Shown here: positions 34,888 to 45,003 of the stretch, piece by piece
Layout: each line of letters begins with the position of its first letter
How positions within the stretch are numbered: position 1 is the first letter of the stretch
Virus record (IMG/VR): IMGVR_UViG_3300021964_000069
Coordinates: 1-59,799 of that record
Length of the DNA: 59,799 nt
Strand: one strand, 5' to 3'
Source of the DNA: a virus
Lineage: Duplodnaviria; Caudoviricetes
Translations under genes and position numbers: made by a program
The notes under the pieces: model-generated
Databases searched by the model: none
Told to the model about the DNA's origin: nothing
What the model saw: only the letters and a program-made list of their open reading frames with translations

Positions 34888-35106
34888 ATGAAGTTAATTA
34901 GAAAAATATCAATTGGCCAAGATTATAAGAATGAAGCAATGCATTATGCGGTTGGTCAAGAAGTTTACGGAGGACATACAATATCTGATATTATAGAAGA
35001 AGAAGGTTCTTATAATATCTTTATTAAGAAATCAGATGAAGTGCTGCCCTGGAAACATTTTAATAAAAATATGGCTGTATCAGTTGAATACAATCTAGAT
35101 TACTAA
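34888..35106 (+). CDS. Conserved hypothetical protein
   Basis: LIRKISIG.DYKNEAMHY.VGQEVYGGH; 72 aa. Confidence 0.8.
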   Translation: MKLIRKISIGQDYKNEAMHYAVGQEVYGGHTISDIIEEEGSYNIFIKKSDEVLPWKHFNKNMAVSVEYNLDY

Positions 35107-35684
35107 TGCGCTCAATTTACAATTTTATTATTTACTCTAATCAAAGATATAATAACTCTACAGACGTAGAAGGACAAAAGCTGATCTTAAATACTGAAAT
35201 AACAGAAAGAGATTATATGTTCACAAATAGAGTAGGTCGTGTTATGGCAACGCCACTAATGGTGCCTACACCTATTCAAAAAGGCGATGAAGTAATTTTA
35301 CATCACAATGTATTTAGAAGATGGATTGATATACGCGGTAACGAAAAAAATTCATCAAGCTATTTAAATGACCGAGAATATATGGTTTCGCCGGAACAAA
35401 TATATGCCTATAAAAGAAATGATGAATGGCTATGTTTAGATGATTATTGTTTTGTAGCGCCATTACAAGAAGATTCACAATGGGCTGTTGAGCTTGAGCA
35501 AAAATTAGTTGGGAAGCTTGTGTATAGCAACAAGCATTTGGACGCGTTAGGATTTGCTATTGGAGACGTAGTGGGGTTTACACCTGATTCAGAATACGAG
35601 TTTAATATAGAAGATCAAAAATTATATAGAGTTTTATCAAATCATATAACAATTAAATATGGATCGACACAAAAAAGTAATTGA
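35106..35684 (+). CDS. Tandem GroES-like domain protein
   Basis: Two GroES-like beta modules: GRVMATP...IQKGDEVILHH and GKLVY...AIGDVVGF....EYEFNIEDQKLYRV. Confidence 0.55.
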   Translation: MRSIYNFIIYSNQRYNNSTDVEGQKLILNTEITERDYMFTNRVGRVMATPLMVPTPIQKGDEVILHHNVFRRWIDIRGNEKNSSSYLNDREYMVSPEQIYAYKRNDEWLCLDDYCFVAPLQEDSQWAVELEQKLVGKLVYSNKHLDALGFAIGDVVGFTPDSEYEFNIEDQKLYRVLSNHITIKYGSTQKSN

Positions 35685-35910
35685 AGCGGCTGAAGTTGCA
35701 TTAAAAGAACTTGACAAGGTTATACGCCAAAGAATAGATTTGACTGAATTAGAACCTGAAAAAGCAAAAATAGCTGCTCAAGCAAAATGGGCAGCAATTG
35801 AAGATTCATTTAAAATAATTGAAAAAATAGAAGACCTTAGCGAAGAAAACCAAAAAGAATCAAAAAAAGAGTCTGTAAAATTTTTAGGTGTAGAAGATAG
35901 AATAAAATAA
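35659..35910 (+). CDS. Possible terminase small subunit
   Basis: Small helical protein coupled (TAATG) directly upstream of TerL; positional inference. Confidence 0.45.
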   Translation: MDRHKKVIEAAEVALKELDKVIRQRIDLTELEPEKAKIAAQAKWAAIEDSFKIIEKIEDLSEENQKESKKESVKFLGVEDRIK

Positions 35911-38138
35911 TGTATAAGCAAACACTCTACAATATAATTATAGACCACGTTGACACCAAAGAGGTTAAAAAAAATAATAAAGGCAAAAAGTACAAATACG
36001 GTTATAACGAAGATCTTGATTGTGTTATAATAAGTAAAGACGGTACAATTGGTGAGATATATGAGATTCAAGGTCTTAAGGTAGCAATACCTCAAACCCC
36101 TGAAAAAATAGATGGTCAAAATTTAAAAAAAGCAGATCAGGTATTTAAAAGAAGGGAAAGACCAGAATCATTAAGAAAAATTAAATCTGTACACGATTTT
36201 AAACATCAGCCAGAAGAAGTTAAAGAAAACTACTACCAGTATATTGATACTGAGTTTAATAGGCGCAATGATGGCTATTGGTTTATGTGTAATGGCGAAC
36301 CCTGCTATATTACAGGGTCACATTATATGTACCTCAATTGGACAAAGATTGATGTTGGAGCACCAGACTTTAGACAAGCAAACAAGATATTTTATTACTT
36401 CTGGGAAGCATGTAAAGCAGACGATAGATGTTACGGAATGTGCTACCTCAAAAATAGACGGTCTGGCTTTAGCTTCATGGCATCGTCAGAAACAGTTAAT
36501 CTTGCAACAACCTCAAGAGATTCAAGATTTGGTATTTTATCAAAGACAGGAGGCGACGCAAAAAAAATGTTTACCGATAAAGTAGTTCCAATATCTATTA
36601 ATTATCCTTTCTTTTTTAAGCCAATACAAGATGGTATGGAGCGGCCTAAAACAGAATTGTCATATAAGGTTCCATCAAGAAGACTTACTAGAAATTCATT
36701 TAAAGAAAATGATGACGAACTAGTGGGTCAGGGACTTGATACTACAATAGACTGGAAAAATACTGGAGATAATAGTTATGATGGGGAAAAATTAATTTTA
36801 TTAGTACATGATGAATCCGGCAAATGGGAACGACCAGATAATATATTAAATAACTGGCGAGTAACTAAAACGTGTTTACGTTTAGGTGCAAGAGTTGTTG
36901 GCAAATGTATGATGGGCTCTACGTCTAACGCTTTAGACAAAGGTGGCGATAACTTTAAAAAACTTTATTATGGCTCAGATGTTAGAGAACGAAATAAAAA
37001 TGGCCAGACTACAAGTGGATTATACGCTTTGTTCATACCTATGGAATGGGGATACGAAGGATTCATTGATAAGTATGGCTACCCTGTCTTCAATACACCA
37101 CAAAAAGCGGTTGAAGGAATTAGCGGGGGTACTATCACTACAGGAGTTATTGAACACTGGGAAAATGAAGTTGAAGGATTAAAAAATGATGCAGATGCTT
37201 TAAATGAATATTACAGACAATTTCCAAGAAGCGAAAAGCATGCATTTAGAGATGAAACTTTAAATTCATTATTTAATTTAACAAAAATATACGAACAGAT
37301 TGACCATAATGAAGAAATGGCAATGAATGGTTATGTTGTTCGCGGAAGTTTTTCTTGGAAAAACGGTATAAAAGATTCAGAAGTTATTTGGACACCAAAT
37401 AGAAATGGAAGATTTTTAGTAAGCTGGTTACCAAAAGCTGAATTAAGAAATAATGTAATTGAAAAAAATGGAATAAAATATCCAGGCAATGAAGGCTTTG
37501 GTTATTTTGGATGCGACTCATACGATATATCAGGTACAGTTGGGGGAGGCGGTTCTAATGGAGCATTGCACGGCTTAACAACGTTTTCAATGAATCCAGA
37601 TTTTCCGTCAAGCAAATTCTTTTTAGAATATATTGCTAGGCCTCAAACAGCTGAAATATTTTTTGAAGATGTATTAATGGCTACGGCATTTTATGGCATG
37701 GCAATACTTGCAGAAAATAACAAGCCTAGATTACTATATCATTTTAAAAGAAGAGGTTATAGAGGGTTTTCTATGAACCGACCAGATAAATTGCGGGCCA
37801 CATTGTCAAAAACAGAAGCTGAACTTGGGGGTATACCAAATACATCGGAGGATATACGACAAGCGCATGCTGCTGCTATTGAATCCTATATAGAAGAAAA
37901 TGTTGGCAATCTTGGTGACAATTATGGAAATATGTATTTTCAAAGAACATTAGAAGATTGGGCTAAATTTGATATATCAAAACGAACAGCGCATGATGCG
38001 TCAATTAGTAGCGGCCTTGCAATAATGGCTTGCAGAAAACATTTATATAGACCAAGACAAGAGAAATCAACAAAAAAACTTAATTTTTCATTCTCAAGAT
38101 ATAAGAATGAAGGAAATAAAAGTGTGTTAATTAAATAA
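35910..38138 (+). CDS. Terminase large subunit
   Basis: KNRRSGFS (Walker A-like), LLVHDESGKW (Walker B), MGSTSN, RNaseH-like GCDSYD, AENNK, HDASISSGLA. Confidence 0.9.
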   Translation: MYKQTLYNIIIDHVDTKEVKKNNKGKKYKYGYNEDLDCVIISKDGTIGEIYEIQGLKVAIPQTPEKIDGQNLKKADQVFKRRERPESLRKIKSVHDFKHQPEEVKENYYQYIDTEFNRRNDGYWFMCNGEPCYITGSHYMYLNWTKIDVGAPDFRQANKIFYYFWEACKADDRCYGMCYLKNRRSGFSFMASSETVNLATTSRDSRFGILSKTGGDAKKMFTDKVVPISINYPFFFKPIQDGMERPKTELSYKVPSRRLTRNSFKENDDELVGQGLDTTIDWKNTGDNSYDGEKLILLVHDESGKWERPDNILNNWRVTKTCLRLGARVVGKCMMGSTSNALDKGGDNFKKLYYGSDVRERNKNGQTTSGLYALFIPMEWGYEGFIDKYGYPVFNTPQKAVEGISGGTITTGVIEHWENEVEGLKNDADALNEYYRQFPRSEKHAFRDETLNSLFNLTKIYEQIDHNEEMAMNGYVVRGSFSWKNGIKDSEVIWTPNRNGRFLVSWLPKAELRNNVIEKNGIKYPGNEGFGYFGCDSYDISGTVGGGGSNGALHGLTTFSMNPDFPSSKFFLEYIARPQTAEIFFEDVLMATAFYGMAILAENNKPRLLYHFKRRGYRGFSMNRPDKLRATLSKTEAELGGIPNTSEDIRQAHAAAIESYIEENVGNLGDNYGNMYFQRTLEDWAKFDISKRTAHDASISSGLAIMACRKHLYRPRQEKSTKKLNFSFSRYKNEGNKSVLIK

Positions 38139-38140
38139 AT

Positions 38141-40549
38141 ATGGCATATAACACCAAAACAAATATTGAATTTCCTAGCCAAGCGGTGCTTGACATAGAG
38201 AAACAATCAATAGAATACGGTACAAAAGTAGCTAAGGCAATTGAGCGCGATTGGTTCAATAAAGACGGCTCTTCTGGAAAATTTTATCAGTCAAGAGACG
38301 AATATCATAGGCTAAGGCTATACGCTAGAGGTGAACAATCTATAAGAAAATATAAAGATGAATTTGCTATTAATGGAGATTTATCATATCTTAATTTAGA
38401 TTGGAAACCAGTGCCTATTATTCCTAAGTTTGTTGATATAGTCGTAAACGGAATGCAAGATCGGCTTTTTTCAATAAAAGCGTTTGCACAAGATCCTATA
38501 TCAACAGGTAGAAGAACGCAATTTGTAAATTCTATACAAAGGGATATTAACGCAAGAAGCTTAATAGACAATATTAAAAATACGTTAGGTGTAGATGTTA
38601 GAAACGTACCTGATGATGAAGCCCCTCAAAATACAGAGGAGCTTGAGCTTTACATGCAACTTCAATACAAACAAAGCATTGAGATAGCTCAGGAACAGGC
38701 TATACAAAATATATTTCTTAGCAATAAATATAAGGAAATAAAAAAACGTATAGACTACGATATAGCGGTAATTGGTATTGGAGTAGCAAAACATTCATTT
38801 AATAATACAGATGGCATTAAACTGGATTATGTTGATCCAGCTAATTTAGTTTGGTCTTATACAGAAGATCCAAATTTTCAAGACTGTTATTATTTTGGAG
38901 AAATTAAAAGAGTAAAAATAAATGAATTAAAGAAAGAGTTTCCTGATTTAACTATGGAAGCTTTGGAAAAAATAAGACAAAAAGGAAATTCCTATAATTC
39001 TTATTCAAATTCTTTAAGCAATAGTGGGGAAGATGAAGATAATAATACTGTAACATTATTATATTTTAATTGGAAAACTTTTGAAAATAATGTTTACAAA
39101 ATAAAAGAAACAACTTTTGGCGGAGCACGAGCAATAGAAAAGCCAGACTCATTTAATCCTCCAAAAGATAAAAGAACAAGGTTTGAAAGAGTAGCTCAAT
39201 CAAGAGAAGTAATATATGAAGGAGTTTATGTTTTAGGTAATGAAACTTTATTAAAGTGGGAAAAAGCGACTAATATGATTCGTCCTTATTCTAATACGAA
39301 TAAAGTTTTAATGAATTATATAGTTTCTGCTCCTAGAATATATAAAGGAAAAATTGACTCTCTTGTTGCTAAAATGGCTCCCTATGCTGATTTAATTCAG
39401 CTAACCCATTTAAAAATGCAGCAAGCTATTCAAAGGATGACTCCATCGGGGGTATATATTGATGCTGATGGCTTAGCAGAAATTGATTTAGGTAATGGGA
39501 CTAGCTATAATCCTCAAGAAGCATTAAATATGTATTTTCAAACGGGATCTATTATTGGCAGATCATTAACCGTTGAAGGCGACCCTAACCCTGGAAAAGT
39601 TCCAATTCAAGAATTACCCGGGGGAGGTGGAAATCAAGTTCAATTGCTTATTGGAGCTTATAACCAGTATTTACAAATGATACGTGATATTACTGGATTG
39701 AACGAGGCTCGTGATGGATCAGATCCAGATCCTAAAGCTTTAGTGGGCGTTCAAAAATTAGCAGCCGCTAATAGCAACGTTGCTACTAGACATATATTAG
39801 ATAGTAGTATGTTTATAACAAATACTTTAGCAGAAGCAATTTCATTAAGATTTAAGGATATGCTAGAGTTCCATCCTACTAAAGAAGCTTTTATAAGTGC
39901 GTTAGGGCAATTCACAGTAGGTGCATTAGAAGAAATGAATAATTTGCATATTCACGATTTTGGTATATTTTTAGAATTAGAACCAGATCAGCAAGAAAAG
40001 CAATTATTAGAAACTAATATACAAATGGCTCTTTCTCAACAAGGAATAAATCTTGAGGACGCAATAGATATTAGAGAAATTAAAAATATAAAGTTAGCAA
40101 ATCAACTATTAAAAGTTAGAAGACAAAGAAAAGAAATTGCTGACCAACAAAAAGCTCAAGCAGCTTCAGTTGCTCAAGCTGAAGCGCAGGGACAAGCCCA
40201 AATACAAATTGAACAAGCAAAAGCTCAATCCGCTCAAATAAAAGCTGAATCTACAATTCAAATTTCTAGTGCAGAAAATGAAATGGATATTAAAAAGCTT
40301 GAAATTGAAGCTAAAACAAAAAAAGAGCTAATGTATTATGAATATGAGCTTAATGTTAAATTAAAAGAGCTAGAACTACAAGCTCAAAAAGAATTAGCAG
40401 ATAAACAAGCAAGAACGCAGGAAAAAATTGCAGACAAAAAAGCATCAATAACTGGGCCACCAAAAACGGAAAAACCCAAAAAATCTTTTGAATCAAAAGG
40501 CAATGATGTATTAGGAGGTTTTGATCTTTCAAGATTTGAGCCAAAATAA
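38141..40549 (+). CDS. Portal protein
   Basis: 802 aa directly after TerL; LDWKPVPIIPKFVDIVV, IRDITGLNEARDG, long C-terminal coiled-coil barrel. Confidence 0.88.
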   Translation: MAYNTKTNIEFPSQAVLDIEKQSIEYGTKVAKAIERDWFNKDGSSGKFYQSRDEYHRLRLYARGEQSIRKYKDEFAINGDLSYLNLDWKPVPIIPKFVDIVVNGMQDRLFSIKAFAQDPISTGRRTQFVNSIQRDINARSLIDNIKNTLGVDVRNVPDDEAPQNTEELELYMQLQYKQSIEIAQEQAIQNIFLSNKYKEIKKRIDYDIAVIGIGVAKHSFNNTDGIKLDYVDPANLVWSYTEDPNFQDCYYFGEIKRVKINELKKEFPDLTMEALEKIRQKGNSYNSYSNSLSNSGEDEDNNTVTLLYFNWKTFENNVYKIKETTFGGARAIEKPDSFNPPKDKRTRFERVAQSREVIYEGVYVLGNETLLKWEKATNMIRPYSNTNKVLMNYIVSAPRIYKGKIDSLVAKMAPYADLIQLTHLKMQQAIQRMTPSGVYIDADGLAEIDLGNGTSYNPQEALNMYFQTGSIIGRSLTVEGDPNPGKVPIQELPGGGGNQVQLLIGAYNQYLQMIRDITGLNEARDGSDPDPKALVGVQKLAAANSNVATRHILDSSMFITNTLAEAISLRFKDMLEFHPTKEAFISALGQFTVGALEEMNNLHIHDFGIFLELEPDQQEKQLLETNIQMALSQQGINLEDAIDIREIKNIKLANQLLKVRRQRKEIADQQKAQAASVAQAEAQGQAQIQIEQAKAQSAQIKAESTIQISSAENEMDIKKLEIEAKTKKELMYYEYELNVKLKELELQAQKELADKQARTQEKIADKKASITGPPKTEKPKKSFESKGNDVLGGFDLSRFEPK

Positions 40550-40577
40550 AAAATAAATTATTATATTATATTATATT

Positions 40578-41810
40578 ATGGAAGAACAAGTTGAAGTAAA
40601 AAGTGTTGAAAGTACAGAAAATGTTTCAACACAAGAAAAAGAAGCTGCTATTTTGCAAGAAGCTATTGATGGTGGCGAAGTAGATTCTAATTATGGGTTT
40701 CAAGACGATGGCGTTTACCGCGTAAATGTTGATGCCCCACCAAAACAACAAGAAGATGCCATTCAAGAGCAAGAAGCAGAGAGCATATCTGTGGATGAAA
40801 CATCCGGAGATAGCGAAAAAGTGGACGAACAAGTACGGGTCGAAAATACAGAAGACCAAGAAGAAGAAAAGGTAGCTGTATTAGAAAAAATAATTGATGA
40901 AAGTACAGAAGAGGCTGCTATTGAAAAAATAGAAAATCAAAAGCCGCCAGAAGAAGTAGTCCAAGATAATAAACAACTAGCTGTAGAATATCCGGAAGAT
41001 ATTCAAAAATTAGTTAGCTTTATGGAAGAAACAGGAGGGTCTTTAGAAGATTATGTAAGTCTTAATAGAGATTACTCAAATATGAATAGTTCTTCTTTAA
41101 TATACGAATATTTAAAAAACACAAAACCTCATTTAGATAATGAAGATATAAACTTTTTAATGCAAAAAGAGTTTGCTTATGATGAAGAAACAGCTGAACC
41201 TTCTGAAATTAAAGCGAAACAATTAGCATTTAAAGAAAAAATGTATGAAGCTCAAAAGTATTTCAATGATTCAAAGGAAAAATACTACGCTGATCTTAAG
41301 TTAAGAAAGCAAACTAGTATTCCTGACGAATACAAAGAAGCTATTGAGTTTTATAATGAAAACCAAGAAGCTTTAAAGCAGAATGAACAATTAAGAGAAG
41401 ATTTTGGTCTTAAAACAAATAAAGTTTTTAACGAAGAATTTAAAGGTTTTGAATTCAAGGTAGGTGAAGACAAATATAGATTTAAGATTGAAAATCCGCT
41501 AAAAGTAAAAGAAGTGCAAAGTGATTTTAGAAATTTTGCAGAGCTTTTTATGGACAAAGAAAAAACTTTTATTGATAAACCGTTGGAATATCATAAAGCT
41601 CTATATGTTGGCGCAAATGCCGACAAAGTAGCTACACATTTTTATGAGCAAGGCCGTGCTGATGCTATAAAAGAAGCTGCTAGAAAAGCAAAAAATATAG
41701 ATATGCAACCAAGATCGGATAATTCAAGCATCAGTACACCTACTGGTCAAAAAATAAAAGTTATTTCAGGGAATTCTTCGGATAAGCTTCGAATAAAATG
41801 GAACAAATAA
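40578..41810 (+). CDS. Capsid scaffolding protein
   Basis: Very acidic N-terminus and helical C-terminus (HFYEQG.ADA), between portal and MCP. Confidence 0.7.
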   Translation: MEEQVEVKSVESTENVSTQEKEAAILQEAIDGGEVDSNYGFQDDGVYRVNVDAPPKQQEDAIQEQEAESISVDETSGDSEKVDEQVRVENTEDQEEEKVAVLEKIIDESTEEAAIEKIENQKPPEEVVQDNKQLAVEYPEDIQKLVSFMEETGGSLEDYVSLNRDYSNMNSSSLIYEYLKNTKPHLDNEDINFLMQKEFAYDEETAEPSEIKAKQLAFKEKMYEAQKYFNDSKEKYYADLKLRKQTSIPDEYKEAIEFYNENQEALKQNEQLREDFGLKTNKVFNEEFKGFEFKVGEDKYRFKIENPLKVKEVQSDFRNFAELFMDKEKTFIDKPLEYHKALYVGANADKVATHFYEQGRADAIKEAARKAKNIDMQPRSDNSSISTPTGQKIKVISGNSSDKLRIKWNK

Positions 41811-41833
41811 CTTAATTTTAAAAACATTTAACA

Positions 41834-43360
41834 ATGGCTTTTACAAGTGGAGTACCAGCAGCTTTGCAACCAACTCAAAGCAAAGCTCTTTATACTGGTA
41901 ACTATATTGATTTTACAGACAGCTCATTTAATCAGTGGGCACAACAATTTTTACCTGATGTATACGAACAAGAAGTAGAGCGTTACGGAAATCGTTCTAT
42001 CGGATCTTTCCTTCGTATGGTATCAGCAGAAATGCCTTCATCTTCAGACCAGATTATTTGGACTGAGCAAGGCAGATTGCATACTCGTTATGCTAATATT
42101 ATTTACTTAAGCTCAGCAGCTACTATGCCTACTTCAGGAACTACTGCTGGAACAGCTACTTTATCTGCTTCTGGTGGACAAGTCATGAACTTTACTGTTC
42201 CTACCTCTCAGCCAACAAGCTTAGGTATTACAACTCAAGGAACTACAGCTGTTAACTTCCGTAAAGGACAAACAGTTATGATCCAAGCACAATCATCCGC
42301 TACTTCTGGAATTGGAGGCACTGGATCTGTTGTTAAAGGTATCGTAACTAATGTATCTGGACAATACTTCCAAGTTAAAACTTTAACTGGAACTCCAGCT
42401 ATTCTTAATACTGAAAGATTTACAGCTCTTGCTTACGGATCTGAATTTGCAAAAGGATCTTCTAACTTTACTGAAAAGCTAGATCCTAGCTATGCTACAT
42501 TTAATAACAGCCCTGTTATTCTTAAGGAGCATTATTCTATCAACGGTTCTGACACTGCTCAAATCGGATGGATTGAAGTTACTTCCGAAAACGGAGCTTC
42601 TGGATACTTATGGTATTTAAAATCTGAGCACGAAAATAGATTACGTTGGGAAGATTATTTAGAAATGGCAATGGTTGAAGGTGTTGAGCAAAATGGTACT
42701 GGAGCTACTCTAGACTTTTACGATTCAAACATTACAGCTACTGCTAAAGGTTCTGAAGGATTCTTTGCTGCTATTGAAGCTCGTGGTAATGTATACTCTG
42801 ACTTTGGGGCTCAAGCTTCTGGAGGTGCATTAACTGATTTTGATGCTGTTCTTAAGCAATTAGATAAGCAAGGAGCAATCGAAGAAAATATGCTTTTCTT
42901 AGGTCGTGATCTTTCTTTAGAAATTGATGACATCCTAGCACAACAAAATGGTGGATACTCAGGAGGTACTTCTTTCGGTGTATTCAACAACAGCGAGGAT
43001 ATGGCTCTTAACTTAGGATTTACTGGATACCGTAGAGGTTCTTATGATTTCTATAAAACTGACTGGAAATACTTAAATGATTTCTCTACTCGTGGAGGTT
43101 TCAAAGATATTGAAGGTGTATTAGTACCTGCTGGTACTTCTACAGTTTATGATCAAGTACTTGGTAAAAACATCAAGAGACCATTCTTGCATGTACGTTA
43201 CCGTGCTTCTGAAACAGAAAACAGAAAAAACAAATCTTGGGTTACAGGATCTGTTGGAGGTGCTTCTAACTCACCAATTGATGAGATGAGAATGCATTAT
43301 CTATCTGAAAGATGTTTAATTGTACAAGGAGCTAACAATTTCGTATTGTTTAAAGCTTAA
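41834..43360 (+). CDS. Major capsid protein
   Basis: 508 aa after the scaffold, strong codon bias (GCT/ACT/TCT), WTEQGRLH, followed by a stable hairpin. Confidence 0.88.
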   Translation: MAFTSGVPAALQPTQSKALYTGNYIDFTDSSFNQWAQQFLPDVYEQEVERYGNRSIGSFLRMVSAEMPSSSDQIIWTEQGRLHTRYANIIYLSSAATMPTSGTTAGTATLSASGGQVMNFTVPTSQPTSLGITTQGTTAVNFRKGQTVMIQAQSSATSGIGGTGSVVKGIVTNVSGQYFQVKTLTGTPAILNTERFTALAYGSEFAKGSSNFTEKLDPSYATFNNSPVILKEHYSINGSDTAQIGWIEVTSENGASGYLWYLKSEHENRLRWEDYLEMAMVEGVEQNGTGATLDFYDSNITATAKGSEGFFAAIEARGNVYSDFGAQASGGALTDFDAVLKQLDKQGAIEENMLFLGRDLSLEIDDILAQQNGGYSGGTSFGVFNNSEDMALNLGFTGYRRGSYDFYKTDWKYLNDFSTRGGFKDIEGVLVPAGTSTVYDQVLGKNIKRPFLHVRYRASETENRKNKSWVTGSVGGASNSPIDEMRMHYLSERCLIVQGANNFVLFKA

Positions 43361-43367
43361 TATTTAT

Positions 43368-43405
43368 TAGAGGACGGGGTGGCATAAGCTGCCCCATATC
43401 CTCTA
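43368..43405 (+). terminator. Stable hairpin after MCP (terminator or mRNA-stabilising stem)
   Basis: TAGAGGA C GGGGTGGC ATAA GCTGCCCC ATA TCCTCTA; weak U-tract. Confidence 0.6.
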
Positions 43406-43429
43406 TATTTAATCTTATTATATTATATT

Positions 43430-44203
43430 ATGGAAGCTACAAAAAAAGCCCCAGCACACAAAATTGAAAAAGGCTGGGAAATCAAAGATCGAATATATGT
43501 TTTAGCTGGCGGTAAAGCTCCAATTAGCTGGACCGTTCAATCAAAGCATACAATTAGAAAACCACTTTTTTGGTTTGATGAAGAAAACGGAGAAAATAAA
43601 GAAATACGTTATGCAACAAATCAAAAATCATTATTTGTTGATGAACAAACTGGATACGCTACTCTAGGTCACGTTATTTTTTATGATGGCGTTTTAGAAG
43701 TGCCAAGACAACAACAAAATTTACAAAAATTAATGTCTTTATATCATCCACAAGCAAACATGCTTTGGACAGAGATTGATGAAGTAAAAGAAGCTACTGA
43801 CGAAGTTGAATCATTAGAGCTAGAACTAGAAGCATTAAATCTTGTTAGAACTTTAGATATTGAACACTTAGAAGCAATTATGAGAACTGAACTTGGTTCT
43901 GCTGTTGCTGGAATGTCTTCTAAAGAATTAAAAAGAGATGCTTATAGGTTTGCTCAAGATGACCCGGAGCTATTTATTGAACTATCTCAAGATGAAGATA
44001 TAAAACTTAGAAACCTAGCTAATAGAGCGGTTGAAATTGGTTTATTAAATTTAACTGATGACGGCACTGTATTTAAATTAGCAAATGGTAAAAAGGTAAT
44101 GACTGTACCTTTTGATCAACATCCTTATGGAGCATTAGCTGCATACTTTAAAACAGATGAAGGTGTTGATTTAATGAAGTCTATTATGAAAAAAATTTCA
44201 TAA
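43430..44203 (+). CDS. Conserved head-associated/hypothetical protein
   Basis: 257 aa after MCP. Confidence 0.75.
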   Translation: MEATKKAPAHKIEKGWEIKDRIYVLAGGKAPISWTVQSKHTIRKPLFWFDEENGENKEIRYATNQKSLFVDEQTGYATLGHVIFYDGVLEVPRQQQNLQKLMSLYHPQANMLWTEIDEVKEATDEVESLELELEALNLVRTLDIEHLEAIMRTELGSAVAGMSSKELKRDAYRFAQDDPELFIELSQDEDIKLRNLANRAVEIGLLNLTDDGTVFKLANGKKVMTVPFDQHPYGALAAYFKTDEGVDLMKSIMKKIS

Positions 44204-44209
44204 GATACA

Positions 44210-44240
44210 GGGTATAAAGCGAGAAATTAGCTTTATATCC
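44210..44240 (+). terminator. Intergenic hairpin
   Basis: GGGTATAAAGC-N9-GCTTTATATCC; no U-tract. Confidence 0.45.
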
Positions 44241-44259
44241 ACTAATTAATAATCTACGC

Positions 44260-45003
44260 ATGGTAAATATAAACGAAGTATATAATATTGTACTTACTAT
44301 TACTAATAAAGATAATAGAGGTTATATAACTCCCGAAGAGTTTAATAACTTAGCTGATCAAGCACAAAATGAAATATTTGAAAGCTATTTTAATAAACAA
44401 TTAATGTATGAATCAAATATAGCTATTAATACTGATTTTTCTGATCCAGAGCTATTAACTTCTGAAAAAATAAATATATTTTATAATTCATCTACATTAA
44501 CTTTATCAAATCAACTTTGGAGTTTACCTGATGATTTATATAAAATAGGTGTGGTATCTGTAAATAGCGTTGATGCCGACTTAGCTTCACATAAAGATTT
44601 AAAATATATTAATTTATCACCATTAACAGCTCCAGTTGCTGATCAGCCGGTGTATACTATAAATGGTAATGCTATAAAAATATATCCATCAAGCGTAACA
44701 ACTGGCGTTTTATTAGAATATTTAAAAAAGCCAAATAAGCCTAAATGGGGTTATTTAATGCCTACAGCTTCTCAAATAGCTTCTGGTGTTCCAAATAAGC
44801 CTATATATGATTCAACTGTTTTTGATCCAACTACGGACGATTATGGGACTACTAGCAAGTCATTAAACTTTGAGTTACACTCTTCTGAAAAAAATGAATT
44901 AGTTTATAAAATATTAACTCTTGCCGGTGTAATTATAAAACAAGCAGATGTAGCTGGTTTTGGACAACAAAAAGAACAACAATTACAAGTAACTGAACAA
45001 TAA
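44260..45003 (+). CDS. Head-tail adaptor / tail ring protein
   Basis: NK.NRGYITPEEFN..A.QAQ, LPDDLY, YLKKP..PKWGY; position in the podovirus tail module. Confidence 0.7.
   Translation: MVNINEVYNIVLTITNKDNRGYITPEEFNNLADQAQNEIFESYFNKQLMYESNIAINTDFSDPELLTSEKINIFYNSSTLTLSNQLWSLPDDLYKIGVVSVNSVDADLASHKDLKYINLSPLTAPVADQPVYTINGNAIKIYPSSVTTGVLLEYLKKPNKPKWGYLMPTASQIASGVPNKPIYDSTVFDPTTDDYGTTSKSLNFELHSSEKNELVYKILTLAGVIIKQADVAGFGQQKEQQLQVTEQ

Noticed and set aside
1596-38138. Introns or inteins in primase-helicase or terminase
   Set aside because: Both ORFs are continuous, of plausible length, with no intein (C...HN) or homing-endonuclease insertions evident.
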